From IMG/VR virus record IMGVR_UViG_3300025598_000024, positions 41,160-105,159 of that record: 64,000 bases of DNA. One strand, given 5' to 3'. The number at the start of each line of letters is the position of its first letter. The first letter of the stretch is position 1. Below the pieces are notes generated by a model. That model was not told the DNA's origin and searched no databases. It saw only the letters and a list, made by a program, of their open reading frames with translations. Below are positions 15,625-26,700 of this stretch, piece by piece. The DNA is from a virus. The position numbers and the translations under genes were made by a program.

Positions 15625-16844
15625 CAGTGCCCGATGATCTCAAACTTTGGGCAAGGCACAATAAACTTGCCACCATCCCGCAAGTAATCCTGTTCACGCG
15701 CCACAAATTCATTGATGAAGTGCCATGGTAATACCAGCAGGTAGTCGGGCTTGGCTGCTCGCATCTCTTCTTCACTGTAGATAGGGATCTCAGTGCCTAC
15801 CGTCTTCAGGCCAAACTTGTAGTGGCTACGCTCAGCGATACCATCAATAAGAGTGTGATCTAGACCAAAGTATTGTAGAAGGGTGTTACCCTTGGTGCTT
15901 GCACCATAACCCCAGACGGTCTTGCCCTCAGCTTTTGCCTGCTTGATAAAGCTATAGGTCTGCTCCTTGAGATCCAGCAAACGCTGATAGAACTCGCTCC
16001 ATACTTCAGGAGTGTTATACCCCTTTGCTTCTTCATACTCTAGCAATGAGTTGACACGGTAGTTGCACACATCACGGTATGGTTGAGTACCAAAGCGTGT
16101 GATATCAGCTCCACTCTTCATGGCATAAACACGGAAAGAACCACCGTTGATATCATTCAGCTGAGTATCTATGATCTGAAAACCGTTCTCATTAAACAGT
16201 TTCTTTATCGATGCTAGCGAATGATAGTACAGGTGCTCATGACAAATATTATCAAAAGCCATCTGCTCAATCATGAGTGGTGTGTAGCTCATCTGCACAA
16301 CCAGCAGTCCATCATCATTCATGACGCTGGCAAGGTCCTGTAGAAATACGTCAGGGTGCTCCAGGTCATAAAACATTGCAATGATAGTAACCACGTCAGC
16401 CTTGGTGTGACCAAGGGGCGAGTTGCGATATGCTTCAGCAGAAAAATAATCCTGAATAATCAGATCAGCATGATGTGAGGACTCTGCCTTGAACGTGTCA
16501 TCTACCGGATCGATACCAATTCGGGTATATCCACCAGGAACAAAGCTGAGCAGGGTGCCATCATTACAAGCGATATCTAGCCACACAGGTGATTCAGGCA
16601 TCTTGTATGTTGAATGAATAGACTCTACAATGCCCTTAAGCTCATTAGTCATTGTTGCATTAATGCCAGACCGGTACCAGTAGCGACCATACATAAACTC
16701 GCCGGGTGTTACTTCTTCCAGCCGTGCAGCCTTACGTTGTTCATCAAACACCATCTTTAGACCGACGCGACCAGCACGGTAGTCTTCACCAGGCTTGACG
16801 AAGTCTGATACGTACAATTCACCTAGGTCGAATAGTTCTTTCAT
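15624..16844 (-). CDS. NDP-sugar C-methyltransferase
   Basis: LDIACNDGTLL, GIDP, FDNICHEH..Y, GYGASTKGNTLLQ, LPWHF. Confidence 0.88.
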   Translation of the reverse strand: MKELFDLGELYVSDFVKPGEDYRAGRVGLKMVFDEQRKAARLEEVTPGEFMYGRYWYRSGINATMTNELKGIVESIHSTYKMPESPVWLDIACNDGTLLSFVPGGYTRIGIDPVDDTFKAESSHHADLIIQDYFSAEAYRNSPLGHTKADVVTIIAMFYDLEHPDVFLQDLASVMNDDGLLVVQMSYTPLMIEQMAFDNICHEHLYYHSLASIKKLFNENGFQIIDTQLNDINGGSFRVYAMKSGADITRFGTQPYRDVCNYRVNSLLEYEEAKGYNTPEVWSEFYQRLLDLKEQTYSFIKQAKAEGKTVWGYGASTKGNTLLQYFGLDHTLIDGIAERSHYKFGLKTVGTEIPIYSEEEMRAAKPDYLLVLPWHFINEFVAREQDYLRDGGKFIVPCPKFEIIGH

Positions 16845-17458
16845 ATGTTAACTTCTCCTAATATATCGGTACGAACGTACCAGTCTTCATACGGCTTCTG
16901 ATAATATAGAGGGTTTGTATCCAGGCATGGTGCATCTTCTACAACACGAGTAAACCCATTAGTGGTTAAAAGATCATATAGTTTATTTTTGTTTGTGTCT
17001 CCCCAGCAGTACAGATTGTGTTCTACCGTTAATGCTCCGATCTTCCAGCGATAGAAGTCAAAGCACTTTAATATATCATACTCATGACCCTCTACGTCAA
17101 TAGATAAATAGTCAATAAACTCAGGAGCATCATACTGTTCGAGTACAGTATTCAACATCATGCATGGAACTTCTGATCCATACTCAGAGATAGAATCACT
17201 ACCAAAACGTATGGTGCCATCATAATCACTTACGGCTGCAAACACATTTTGACTGGTTCTATTCCCAACAAGCCTGTCGTAGGCACCACGATTCGCTTCG
17301 ATACAGATACCAGTCCAACCTAGTTCTTTTTCTAGGAAAGCTGTGTTGCTGCTCTGCAAACCATCATATGCACCAATGTCTAAGAACGTACCTCTACGTT
17401 TTCCATTGAATATCTTATTTACCCATTCATCCTGACCGGACTGAGCGTAGTATGTCAT
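16841..17458 (-). CDS. FkbM-family methyltransferase
   Basis: FLDIGAYDG..SNT, GICIEAN, IDYLSIDVEGHE, VEHN. Confidence 0.9.
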   Translation of the reverse strand: MTYYAQSGQDEWVNKIFNGKRRGTFLDIGAYDGLQSSNTAFLEKELGWTGICIEANRGAYDRLVGNRTSQNVFAAVSDYDGTIRFGSDSISEYGSEVPCMMLNTVLEQYDAPEFIDYLSIDVEGHEYDILKCFDFYRWKIGALTVEHNLYCWGDTNKNKLYDLLTTNGFTRVVEDAPCLDTNPLYYQKPYEDWYVRTDILGEVNI

Positions 17459-18375
17459 AATAGCTCCAGCACTCTGTTAACAGTAGAGCAGACAGACTCA
17501 TCGCTCCACTCAGATTTTAGCACTTCGTTCACTGTCGTTCCCTGATTGATGATTGATTCAAGGCTGAAATTATCACAATTAATCTCTGGGAATCTGTTGT
17601 TGATATGCCTGAACATGTCAGAACTATTAACAGCAAATGGTGAAGTTGTCCTTGGCATATAATCAATAACTGATGACAATCCATTGCCAGGAAGTGGATG
17701 GTATGTGAATACATTAATATCATTAGCACATAGAAAATCCATAAGCTGCTGATCTGTAACGAACTCAGTATTGATGTTTAGCTGAATGCCTGGTTTGATA
17801 ATCGCAGCACGACAACTATCAATCACTGAAGAAAGCAGGCTACCATTAGGATCAATAAATTCTGACCGTGTCATGTGTAAGTTAATAACTGCCTCATCGT
17901 ACTGGTCTTGCACAAGATTGCATAGATCATTAAAGCCCTTGTGGTGGAACGCCAGACCAAAGCTACCAATATTTATAATGCTATTCTTTACTCTTCGGTT
18001 CTCTAATGTTACATCTGGCATTGGTCTTGGCAGTGCGAACTGCATGCTCGATTCGTTCGCAGTCATATCAGTCATCAAGAATGCATCATGCTTCAAGTGC
18101 ACTGGCAGGCCAGCATCATGGTAAACATAGACCTGCTTGGCATTGATCTGGTTTGTTAATGTGGTTGTTACCCAGTTAGCAGTAATATTGTTATAGTTAT
18201 AGATGACCACATCAGGTTGATAAATATTTAATTCTTCAAGAAAAAAATCTTGCGACTGTGTCTCAATAAGATAGAAACGGTCTTCATCAGAGTTACACAG
18301 TATTTCAAAAAGCCTGTTTCCATACTGATATACACCACAACCTTTCTGGTAGTGGTTGACTAGCATCACCTTCAT
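17455..18375 (-). CDS. putative GT-B glycosyltransferase
   Basis: CGVYQYG, IGSFG..HKGF, NDINVF.Y, GLSSVIDY; cluster context. Confidence 0.6.
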   Translation of the reverse strand: MKVMLVNHYQKGCGVYQYGNRLFEILCNSDEDRFYLIETQSQDFFLEELNIYQPDVVIYNYNNITANWVTTTLTNQINAKQVYVYHDAGLPVHLKHDAFLMTDMTANESSMQFALPRPMPDVTLENRRVKNSIINIGSFGLAFHHKGFNDLCNLVQDQYDEAVINLHMTRSEFIDPNGSLLSSVIDSCRAAIIKPGIQLNINTEFVTDQQLMDFLCANDINVFTYHPLPGNGLSSVIDYMPRTTSPFAVNSSDMFRHINNRFPEINCDNFSLESIINQGTTVNEVLKSEWSDESVCSTVNRVLELL

Positions 18376-19139
18376 TACAAACCTTTAATAAGATGTTTTA
18401 ATATGTGTTGATTATTACGAATGTACTCAGGGTATCTCTCATCGATTGGCACAACCTCGAGAACATTGTTTCGACCAAAGATATCGGCATTGTTATTAAT
18501 ATTATCTTCTATACTGTTCAACACACCGTCATGGTTGAACTCACTATGGGCATAAGAAATGATCTTTTTTCTGACGAGATCTTTACCACCCAAAAATGAC
18601 CAGTGCCAGCCAGCATCTTGCACCATAATCGGATGATAGTTAATGATACCCCAATCTCCTCGTAACGACTGCAGGTCTATAGAGTTATAGTTGCTTATGC
18701 TTAGAGCTCGAGTGCCTGACCACTGTTCTGTTGTATTCACATTGTTTAAATAGTACTGATGCATGGTCTGTTCAAAAGCATAGTAATATTGTGGGTCCCA
18801 AAGCTCATCTCTGATAATCTTTAGCTTTACAGGGTCAGGCACCTCATCAATATCACTGATCATAACCATATCATCATGGCTGTATTCACTAAGATCAACC
18901 TTGTATTGACGTTGATAGTTTTCTCTACCCCAGTTGTCCAGGCCGTCAGGGAATCTTATTGTAATCAGATGGACACGATCATCAGGGTATGATTGTAAGC
19001 ATCCCTTATCATCACCCTGGTGAGTCTTATCTGCTTGGATGATGTAAAAAGCATCAACGATATCATTCAATATATTAATCCTGAGATCAAGCATCTCAAT
19101 CTCATTATTGAACATTGCAACATCAATGATCTTTGGCAT
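18375..19139 (-). CDS. GT17 (beta-1,4-GlcNAc transferase-like)
   Basis: FNNE..L.LR...L...VD.F, RENYQR, ISDIDEVP, AGWHWSF. Confidence 0.88.
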   Translation of the reverse strand: MPKIIDVAMFNNEIEMLDLRINILNDIVDAFYIIQADKTHQGDDKGCLQSYPDDRVHLITIRFPDGLDNWGRENYQRQYKVDLSEYSHDDMVMISDIDEVPDPVKLKIIRDELWDPQYYYAFEQTMHQYYLNNVNTTEQWSGTRALSISNYNSIDLQSLRGDWGIINYHPIMVQDAGWHWSFLGGKDLVRKKIISYAHSEFNHDGVLNSIEDNINNNADIFGRNNVLEVVPIDERYPEYIRNNQHILKHLIKGL

Positions 19140-19142
19140 GAT

Positions 19143-20414
19143 CTATCGCTTTTTAAGCAGGTTAGCAGTCTTTGACTTGTTTGCAGCACGGTTGAATACA
19201 TCGATCCACTGCTTGCATACCTCTTGCCAGGTGTTATGCTTGACCCACTTGTATGCATTCTCCGCACGCTGCTTGGCTTGAGCAGGATTGTTCTTGATGA
19301 ACTCGATTGCATCAGCTGCAGCCTGTACATCCATGAGCGGACGCATGCGCTCGTTATCATTCTCCTTGATGATCCAGTGGCTGGGAGTATGTCCACTGGG
19401 TACTCGCCAGCCTCTGTCATCGCCCAAGATCTCAGGAACACTGGTGTTATCTGGTGCTACTACTGGCAGCTTGGTTGCCATGGCCTCAGTGATTGTAAGG
19501 CCCCAACCCTCACCGTGTGTTGTAGTCAAGAAAACATCACTGGAATTATAGATGCTGTTCAACATCTCTATAGGGAAACCACTGTGCGCACTGAACTGCT
19601 GAGGGTTAGGGATTGTGAAGTCCTGCTCGAACTGAACACCAATAGACCTTGCCATCTCCAGCACGCTACCGCCAAAGTCTGTCTCCTGCATGTGCATGTA
19701 GAAGTAGATATCTTCGTGTCCACGATCCTTTAGCTCCTTTAAGATCATGAGGGTTCGTGAGATGTCCTTGCGCCCCTGGTTGCGGTTCACGTTTGTAACA
19801 ATAAACTTGTCCTGAAGCTGTGGTGGGAACACTGTGCTGCGGGCTGTGCGCTTTTGGACATCATGCAGAACGTAGAAGTCGCTGATGTTGGTGCCATGGT
19901 AGATTACATCCTGCTTGTCCGCCAGACTGCCAATGAACTTTCTGCTCTCTTCCTTGGCATACTCTGTGTATGCGACTGGGAAGTCAAAGGCAGCGACACA
20001 CTGAGTTACCCACTCTTCCCTGGGAGCACAGTCAAACGGGTAGTAGAAGATGGTGCTGAACGAATGTTGCTTGGTGCGCTGCAGCTCGAGTAGGTGCTGT
20101 ACGATTGGTAGCACAATGAATGTATCCTGAACAATGAACACAACATCGTAGTCGCCCTGGTTCAACAGGTCCAGGAACACCTGTCGGCCAAACACATCGC
20201 CGTATGGTCCCTGAGTGCGTAGTGCACTGATTGCTGGCCACAAACGGCCTGGCCACTTGTTTGTGTCATAAGGTCCACCATCATAGTTAACACCAACCAC
20301 ATCGATATCGTACTTGCCCGTAGCGTTAAGGTTGGTCATGATGTTACGCATGACCGTACCAAACCCGGTGCCACATGCATAGTCACCCCATGCAAGCACT
20401 CGTGTTTTACTCAT
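19143..20414 (-). CDS. GT4 glycosyltransferase
   Basis: TGFG.V, IYHG, NRNQ.RK, EGWGL...EAMA...PVV; GGAG RBS before ATG 20414. Confidence 0.9.
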   Translation of the reverse strand: MSKTRVLAWGDYACGTGFGTVMRNIMTNLNATGKYDIDVVGVNYDGGPYDTNKWPGRLWPAISALRTQGPYGDVFGRQVFLDLLNQGDYDVVFIVQDTFIVLPIVQHLLELQRTKQHSFSTIFYYPFDCAPREEWVTQCVAAFDFPVAYTEYAKEESRKFIGSLADKQDVIYHGTNISDFYVLHDVQKRTARSTVFPPQLQDKFIVTNVNRNQGRKDISRTLMILKELKDRGHEDIYFYMHMQETDFGGSVLEMARSIGVQFEQDFTIPNPQQFSAHSGFPIEMLNSIYNSSDVFLTTTHGEGWGLTITEAMATKLPVVAPDNTSVPEILGDDRGWRVPSGHTPSHWIIKENDNERMRPLMDVQAAADAIEFIKNNPAQAKQRAENAYKWVKHNTWQEVCKQWIDVFNRAANKSKTANLLKKR

Positions 20415-21121
20415 AGTTGTCTCCATTCAATCGGGCTAAGGTCAGGACTATTATATGGTGTTTTGTATAGCTCATTCAAGTTCTTGTTAGCACTACCCCA
20501 TTTTTGGATGTAGTAGTTACCACTTTTGATTGAGTTGACAGGCTGTGTCAGCTTCTTGGTTGTCTGGTGTCTGCGGTGAACGTATGGGATCTGTGTCTGC
20601 ACAGCGTTCAACCCCAGCAGGTGAATACGGTACTTCATGTCCGTGTCTTCCCACCAGGCTGGATCAAAGTTCTCATCAAAGGCTCCGCACCTATCAAAGA
20701 AATCGCTCTTGATGATAAAGCAAGAGTAACTCTGATCTTCGATGGCCTGAGTGGTGAACTCTTGACCTTCTACAAACAAAATATCATAGTCATCTGTCAG
20801 GTCATCTTTCACATCCACCGGGTACATCATCACAGTGGATCTATCGACGTGCTTTGTGAACCTGTCAACCAGATCATCTATGGTTTGTGGAGCAAATATA
20901 ACGTCATCATTGCTCACAATGATATAGTCACAAGAGCCATCCAGTGCCTGGCGGATGCCATTGTTCCAGGCTGCTGCTAGTGGGACCTGGAACAGATACT
21001 GTGGCTGAATATAGATCCTTAGATCATGTCGTGTCTTGGCAGAGTAGATCAGATCTATCGCCTGATCAAAGTTATTCAGCACTGGTACTACCAGGCCAAC
21101 GCGCAGTGCTCCGTCAGTCAT
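20411..21121 (-). CDS. GT2 glycosyltransferase
   Basis: VVPVLN, AAAWNNG, SNDDV, G.FDE.F...WEDTD. Confidence 0.88.
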   Translation of the reverse strand: MTDGALRVGLVVPVLNNFDQAIDLIYSAKTRHDLRIYIQPQYLFQVPLAAAWNNGIRQALDGSCDYIIVSNDDVIFAPQTIDDLVDRFTKHVDRSTVMMYPVDVKDDLTDDYDILFVEGQEFTTQAIEDQSYSCFIIKSDFFDRCGAFDENFDPAWWEDTDMKYRIHLLGLNAVQTQIPYVHRRHQTTKKLTQPVNSIKSGNYYIQKWGSANKNLNELYKTPYNSPDLSPIEWRQL

Positions 21122-21614
21122 AGTAAAACATATCCTCAAAAGTTATTTCATCAGGATAGTAATAGTTACTAACCAATTCGCTAGTGTTCATTATAGTTGG
21201 TAGCGCCGAACGAGTCAAGGACTGTTGCAACATAGCTTTTTCTAGCAGGTTCTGACGCTCCAGGAAATCAAAGTTAATTGGCTGAAGTTGTACGCCTGTC
21301 TCCTTGCGGATCTTTTCACGCTGTACAGGGTTAGTGCCAGCCCAGTATCCGTACTCTTCATGCTCAAGCGCATGCTGAAGGCAATCAGGCTTTACCGGGC
21401 AAGATAAGCATGCATCAACAACTTGCTGGCATACCTTCTGACCACGACCAACATAGAACTTGTCGGTATCAAGATCCTTACAGGCTGACAGATCGTGCCA
21501 GTCGTAATCAATGGAGCTGGAAGGGCCTCGGGAGGAGTCTAGGTCAGACGCCGACTGCAACTCCCGAGGAAGACCAGGCCCTTCGAGGAGGGGGAACCCC
21601 TCGTTACTTGGCAC
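21114..21614 (-). CDS. whiB: WhiB-family Fe-S transcription factor
   Basis: W...AC...FY...C..CPV..DC..HAL....GYWAG. Confidence 0.88.
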   Translation of the reverse strand: MPSNEGFPLLEGPGLPRELQSASDLDSSRGPSSSIDYDWHDLSACKDLDTDKFYVGRGQKVCQQVVDACLSCPVKPDCLQHALEHEEYGYWAGTNPVQREKIRKETGVQLQPINFDFLERQNLLEKAMLQQSLTRSALPTIMNTSELVSNYYYPDEITFEDMFYYD

Positions 21615-21822
21615 GGGTCTTACCCATCTTTACATTGCTGCGCCGGTAATTTTCAGCAGATTTAATCAGGTCAACAATGTACTCTGCGTACTGTCTTGCC
21701 TTATGCTCATCATCAGGCTTGTGACCAACAGTGAACTGCATGCCTACCAGAGTACTGTGTGTTTGACCACTGGTGATGTACTCCGTGATGTCATCAACGA
21801 TCTGCTGCTGTGTCTTGTTCAT
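21604..21822 (-). CDS. hypothetical protein
   Basis: AGGAG RBS. Confidence 0.6.
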   Translation of the reverse strand: MNKTQQQIVDDITEYITSGQTHSTLVGMQFTVGHKPDDEHKARQYAEYIVDLIKSAENYRRSNVKMGKTRAK

Positions 21823-21832
21823 TGCACTCTCC

Positions 21833-23725
21833 TTAGAACAGTAAACCTTGTGGGGTCATGTCAACTGTATCATCCATGTCTACCAGCTCGTCAACCACCC
21901 CACGGATGGCTGCTGCTTCTGCTCTGCGACGCAGCACCTTGCTGTCAACACGCTCTTCAATGGTATCACTCGCAACTGCACGGTATGTCCAGGTGTGACT
22001 GATGCCTTTGCTCTTGCTGTCTGCACGATTGATCCTGTCCTTGCGCTGCTTGTATTCAGCATAAGTCCTGGGAATCTCAATGTTCCACAGATATGGTGCA
22101 TACAGGTTAGCACCCTCTTGTAGAACATCACTGGTGATCAGGATAGCACCACCACGGGTCTCATTAAACGTCTTGATATTTCTGGCAGCTGTTTCAGTAT
22201 CCATACCAACTCCCCAGATTGCCAGCACCGGGATGTCACCACCAAAACGACGCTTGAGCTCTTCATAGTAGGGGAACAGTGTGCCGTTGGTCCAGAAGCT
22301 GAACAGCACTGCCTTTTCACCATTCTCGATATAGCTCTCCATGCTGTTCTCAATCAACTGGTACTTGGCACTGTGCTGAATATCCAGCTGATCACCAAAC
22401 TGTGCATGAATCTCTTTGGCAAACTTGCCATCACTGGTCTTTAGTCCAGCTGTGGTGTTACAGATCATTCTGAGCGTATCAATGCTGGACCAGCTGGCAG
22501 CAACGTTATCAGGGTTGTAACGCTCACGTGCAACACGTTCTGCCCAGTCGTAAATCTCGCGGTCACTATCGCTGAGATCGTAAATAACACGCTTGGCAAT
22601 GTTTTCTGGGAACTGAGCACGGATTGTTGGATCACTCTTCATTGCGATGTGTGTCCAGTCTTCATGCTTTTTACCGAGCAATGGAAGCTTGGCACGATCC
22701 CATTCCTTTACGTACATCTCATTAACATAACCATTTCGGTAATAGCTGATTTCTTTACCGTAAAAGAGTTTGAAAGCATCTCTTGAGAGGTTACTAACGT
22801 CTGGAATACCAGGAGCGATAACTTCAAAAATGTTCCTGATGTTCAAAGGGCTGGTGGTGTATGGAGTAGCAGTAAGTGCCAGAACCATTGAGCTGTGTTC
22901 CGGTGAGTTAATCAGCTGAGCAAACCCCTCGCTCATTAGACTCTTACCAGTATTAATCTTTTGAGCTTCATCTATAATGATTAATACTCTTTTATCTTTA
23001 ATCATAGATAGAATCTGTAGTAAATCAGTTCTATCATAAGACTTAACTTTTTTCTTTTGACCCTTGACTTTTGAAAGATTACCCTCTCGGATCTTTTCAT
23101 AGTTAAGAACCATAACATTGCTGGTGTCATTTTGGTATAAATCATGACGTTTTTGACGGGTCAATTTGTCACTAACACGAGTGACAGAAAGGTACGTCAT
23201 TCTTCTAAATTCCTGCTCCCAGTCATGCTGTTTGATCTTCTTACAGAACACGAGAACCATGTCGATATCGCCAGCATCAAAAAGCTTCTGGCTGGTCAAA
23301 CAGCTGAGTAGTGTCTTACCGGCTCCCGTATCCCACTGCACCAGCACGTTGGGGTTAACGGTATGCAGCTGTTCCCATACGTAGTTCAAACCAACATGCT
23401 GGAATGGGAACAGTTCATGATCGTCCAGGAACGGGCTGCGAACATCATAAGGGTCTGATGCACAAGATACTAGCGTTCGGTAGCGGGCCTCGGTCTCATC
23501 GTCATCAAACACAACAGAGATGCCGTTTTCTCTAGCAATGCTGTCAAACTGTGCAATGCTGTCACGGTTGCGTAGTGTGCCCAGGCTGTCCCAATTGAAT
23601 AACGATTCGATGCTCTTGTCCAGGGTGCTAAAGCGCAGGACGCCATTGAGCAGATTGCTCTTCTGTACGAAAACGGTCTTACTGGTCACGCCATAGAGTG
23701 TAGCACCTGGTGACCAGCCTGTCAA
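21833..23725 (-). CDS. SNF2-type SF2 helicase
   Basis: LFPFQ..G, DTGAGKT, NYE, IIDEAQ, LTATP, EGANL, QR.DRINR. Confidence 0.88.
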   Translation of the reverse strand: MTGWSPGATLYGVTSKTVFVQKSNLLNGVLRFSTLDKSIESLFNWDSLGTLRNRDSIAQFDSIARENGISVVFDDDETEARYRTLVSCASDPYDVRSPFLDDHELFPFQHVGLNYVWEQLHTVNPNVLVQWDTGAGKTLLSCLTSQKLFDAGDIDMVLVFCKKIKQHDWEQEFRRMTYLSVTRVSDKLTRQKRHDLYQNDTSNVMVLNYEKIREGNLSKVKGQKKKVKSYDRTDLLQILSMIKDKRVLIIIDEAQKINTGKSLMSEGFAQLINSPEHSSMVLALTATPYTTSPLNIRNIFEVIAPGIPDVSNLSRDAFKLFYGKEISYYRNGYVNEMYVKEWDRAKLPLLGKKHEDWTHIAMKSDPTIRAQFPENIAKRVIYDLSDSDREIYDWAERVARERYNPDNVAASWSSIDTLRMICNTTAGLKTSDGKFAKEIHAQFGDQLDIQHSAKYQLIENSMESYIENGEKAVLFSFWTNGTLFPYYEELKRRFGGDIPVLAIWGVGMDTETAARNIKTFNETRGGAILITSDVLQEGANLYAPYLWNIEIPRTYAEYKQRKDRINRADSKSKGISHTWTYRAVASDTIEERVDSKVLRRRAEAAAIRGVVDELVDMDDTVDMTPQGLLF

Positions 23726-26700
23726 TCACATGTTTACGTACGACACAGTGGTGTTGGCGACCTGCTCGATGCTGAACCTGGTGGGGTATACCTCTTTGTT
23801 CAACAGGAACAACTTCTTGCGGCTGGCTGGCGTGCGGCTGGACAGCTCGTTGGTCTTGCTATCACCGATGTAATCGATGTTGGCACTAATGTAGTAGGGG
23901 TTGCCAGTGTACCTGGGAACTATGCTCAGGCTGGTAATGAACACATTGGGGTCAAGAGCAGTCAGCCTGACCTGGATACCACTGGCTGCTGTGCCAGGTG
24001 ATGTTGTACTGACAACTGAGTTGATGTTGTTGATGCCAGTTATGATTGGCTTCCAGTTGCCGGACCCACTCTGTGTGGTGTACTCGTACCTGACTGGGTG
24101 GTAGAATGGTGAAAGCATGCTCATGTACATGATTTCATTCACCTTGCTGTCAGTCTGGGATATCCGTGCAGAGAATGACTGGTAGTTGTTTCCCGAATAT
24201 CCAGGCACCTCAATGTTGATCCAGGTTCCTATCGGAAGCGAGTTGCTTCTAAACTGCTTGTATGTGATCTCTGTAATGTTGCCAGAGTAGTCTGTACCCA
24301 TCAAGCTAACACGATAGGTCCCATTGTTAGTTGATGGTAGGTACACTCTTGCAACAGCGCTGACTCTCATGCTGTTCCGGTCAGATGGGCTGACCCATGC
24401 GGTAACAGGTGTTGTGCTAACGCTTAGATCAAACAGGCTGAACGGCGAACCAGATCCACTGATTACCATCTGAACAGTGTTGCTGGGGATACTGGATGAC
24501 CAAATCCCGCCAGTCGCTGTAACAACATTGCTGCCGATACCAGAGGTCACTGTTGCCACGGTTCCAGTTACGGTTGTACCAGCAATTGGTTGACCTGTGG
24601 ATGGGTTGATGAATTGTGTATACATTGTCAGGGTTGTATTGACCTGAGGAACTCCACTGATCCCAGCGACCTGTATGTTGTTAAGGAAGTAGTAGTTAAG
24701 CCCACCACTAGGGACAGCATAGCCACCAAAACCAGCTACTGCATACGGGCTAGCACCAAACTGATCCATCCAGGCCTGTGTTCCGCTGGGGCTGTACACA
24801 CCCGGGAGTGTGAATTTGTAAGCGGCTGAGAACTGGCCGCCACTAACGCTGATGCCGCTAGAAGTGGCTCCAGACCATACAGTCACTGTTGTGTTACTTA
24901 TAGTTGTACTGCCGAGAGCTGTCCATGAGCTTGTTCCGTTCAAGAAGTTGGCATCAAGGTAGTTAACAATATTAGAGCTCAAAGTATACAGTCCGGTCTG
25001 CACAGAATAAGAACCGGATACGGTTCCGGACAGTGCAATGACATTGCTGGTGCTTCCAAAGTTAGATACCACATTTAATGGATAGGTTATATTAGACCCT
25101 GTTAGATTGCTTGTGTCTTTAAGAAGAACCTGATTATCAGGAAGAAAGCTCTGCCAGTCAGTTGTAAGGCCAGCTATGCTAAATCCTGTGAATTTATCAA
25201 TGGTAGATACCCAGGGTGTTGTTGCAGTGTCATCAGGGTTCAGCATGATGTAACTGTTGTTATCCTGACCAGCAAAAGTGTTGTTGTTGTTTCTTGAGAT
25301 CAAACTACCCAGAGATGGTTGTATGTTGTCATAGGATGTATTCTCATAGAAAGCTGCTATATAGTACAACCCTACAAAGTATGCCTGATGCCATGTTTGA
25401 TTTATTGTAATCTGTGTGTAGTTATGCACACGAGTGTCTGGGAACTTGCGCTGCAAAAACTGTGTGTATGTTTGATTGTTATATCTTCCATCAGTGCCAA
25501 TCAGTTTGTAGCTGATGGTAGGATCAATCACCTGAGTTGAGCTGTTTGGCATTTGATTTGTTGTGCCACCAGTTGTTGAAGAGTTGAGCACACCAATAGC
25601 TGGCCAGGATGATGCATCAACACTATTAGCAGCACCAAACATTGTAGAATATGTGCTGGTATAGATTGGCTGCTGGTTGTTGTTCGACCCAAAGAACGAA
25701 TAGGTTTTTGTGTTGCCATCTATGATCGATGACTCTAGGCCAGTGAAGTACTCTTCTACATCATATGGGAATGCATTGATGGTCTTTGTAACCATATCGA
25801 ATGGCAGGTCATAGATCTCAGGAACTAGCTGAACAAACTCTAGCTTGAGATACGTGCATTGCACTGTCGGTATCTCATAGATGCCACTGCGCAGAGAGAA
25901 ATCTCTTTGTACAGGTGTCCAGGTAAACTGTGATGCATCTGTTCCAGTATTAGTGGTGTAGTAAAGATTAAATCTGCACCCATCATATACAGGGTTTATG
26001 TACAGCCTGTTCAGGGTTGTTATTGTTACACCATCACTAACCTGCATGTAGAAGTTTACAATGGCATCACCAACGGGTTGTGGTTCACTCTTCCAGTAAG
26101 AGTGGCTATTGTTGTTTAGTGCGTTGCTAAGGCTATAAACCTTTTCATTGTATGTTTCAATAAAACCAAACTTGTTCTGTACAACAAATGGTTGTGGTAC
26201 GCCGGATGCTGATACCGGCACATCGCTATAAGACTGTATATTAAGCCTTATACTCAAGTTCTTTACACCGATAGAGTACGGTATATCAACAAGAGTATTT
26301 GTTAAGGCACTCTGTCGCTGTACTGTTTTCTGTCGAGTGATTCTTATCTGGATGTAAGAACCTGACTGAATACTCAGAGTGCTGGTTGCAGCGTACTTTA
26401 TATTTACCCAATCAGTAGTGGTATTGATGTCCGGACCACCAGTGATTACGAACGTAGAAGCATCAGAGATTGGGGTGCCATCACTCCATAGCAGTTCTAC
26501 ATAGCAGGGTACGTTAAGAACATTGAAGTTGATTGCATTAAAGTATGTTGTGTTAGAAACATAGAAATTTAATACAACTGGTGCGCTATTAGGACCACCA
26601 AAATCTTGCGATGAGATCCATTCTGTCTGCGTTGCAGGGTTAAACTGTATATAGTTGCTGTTGTTGATTAAGCTGATCGTTGGGTCATTATAAGGGCTCG

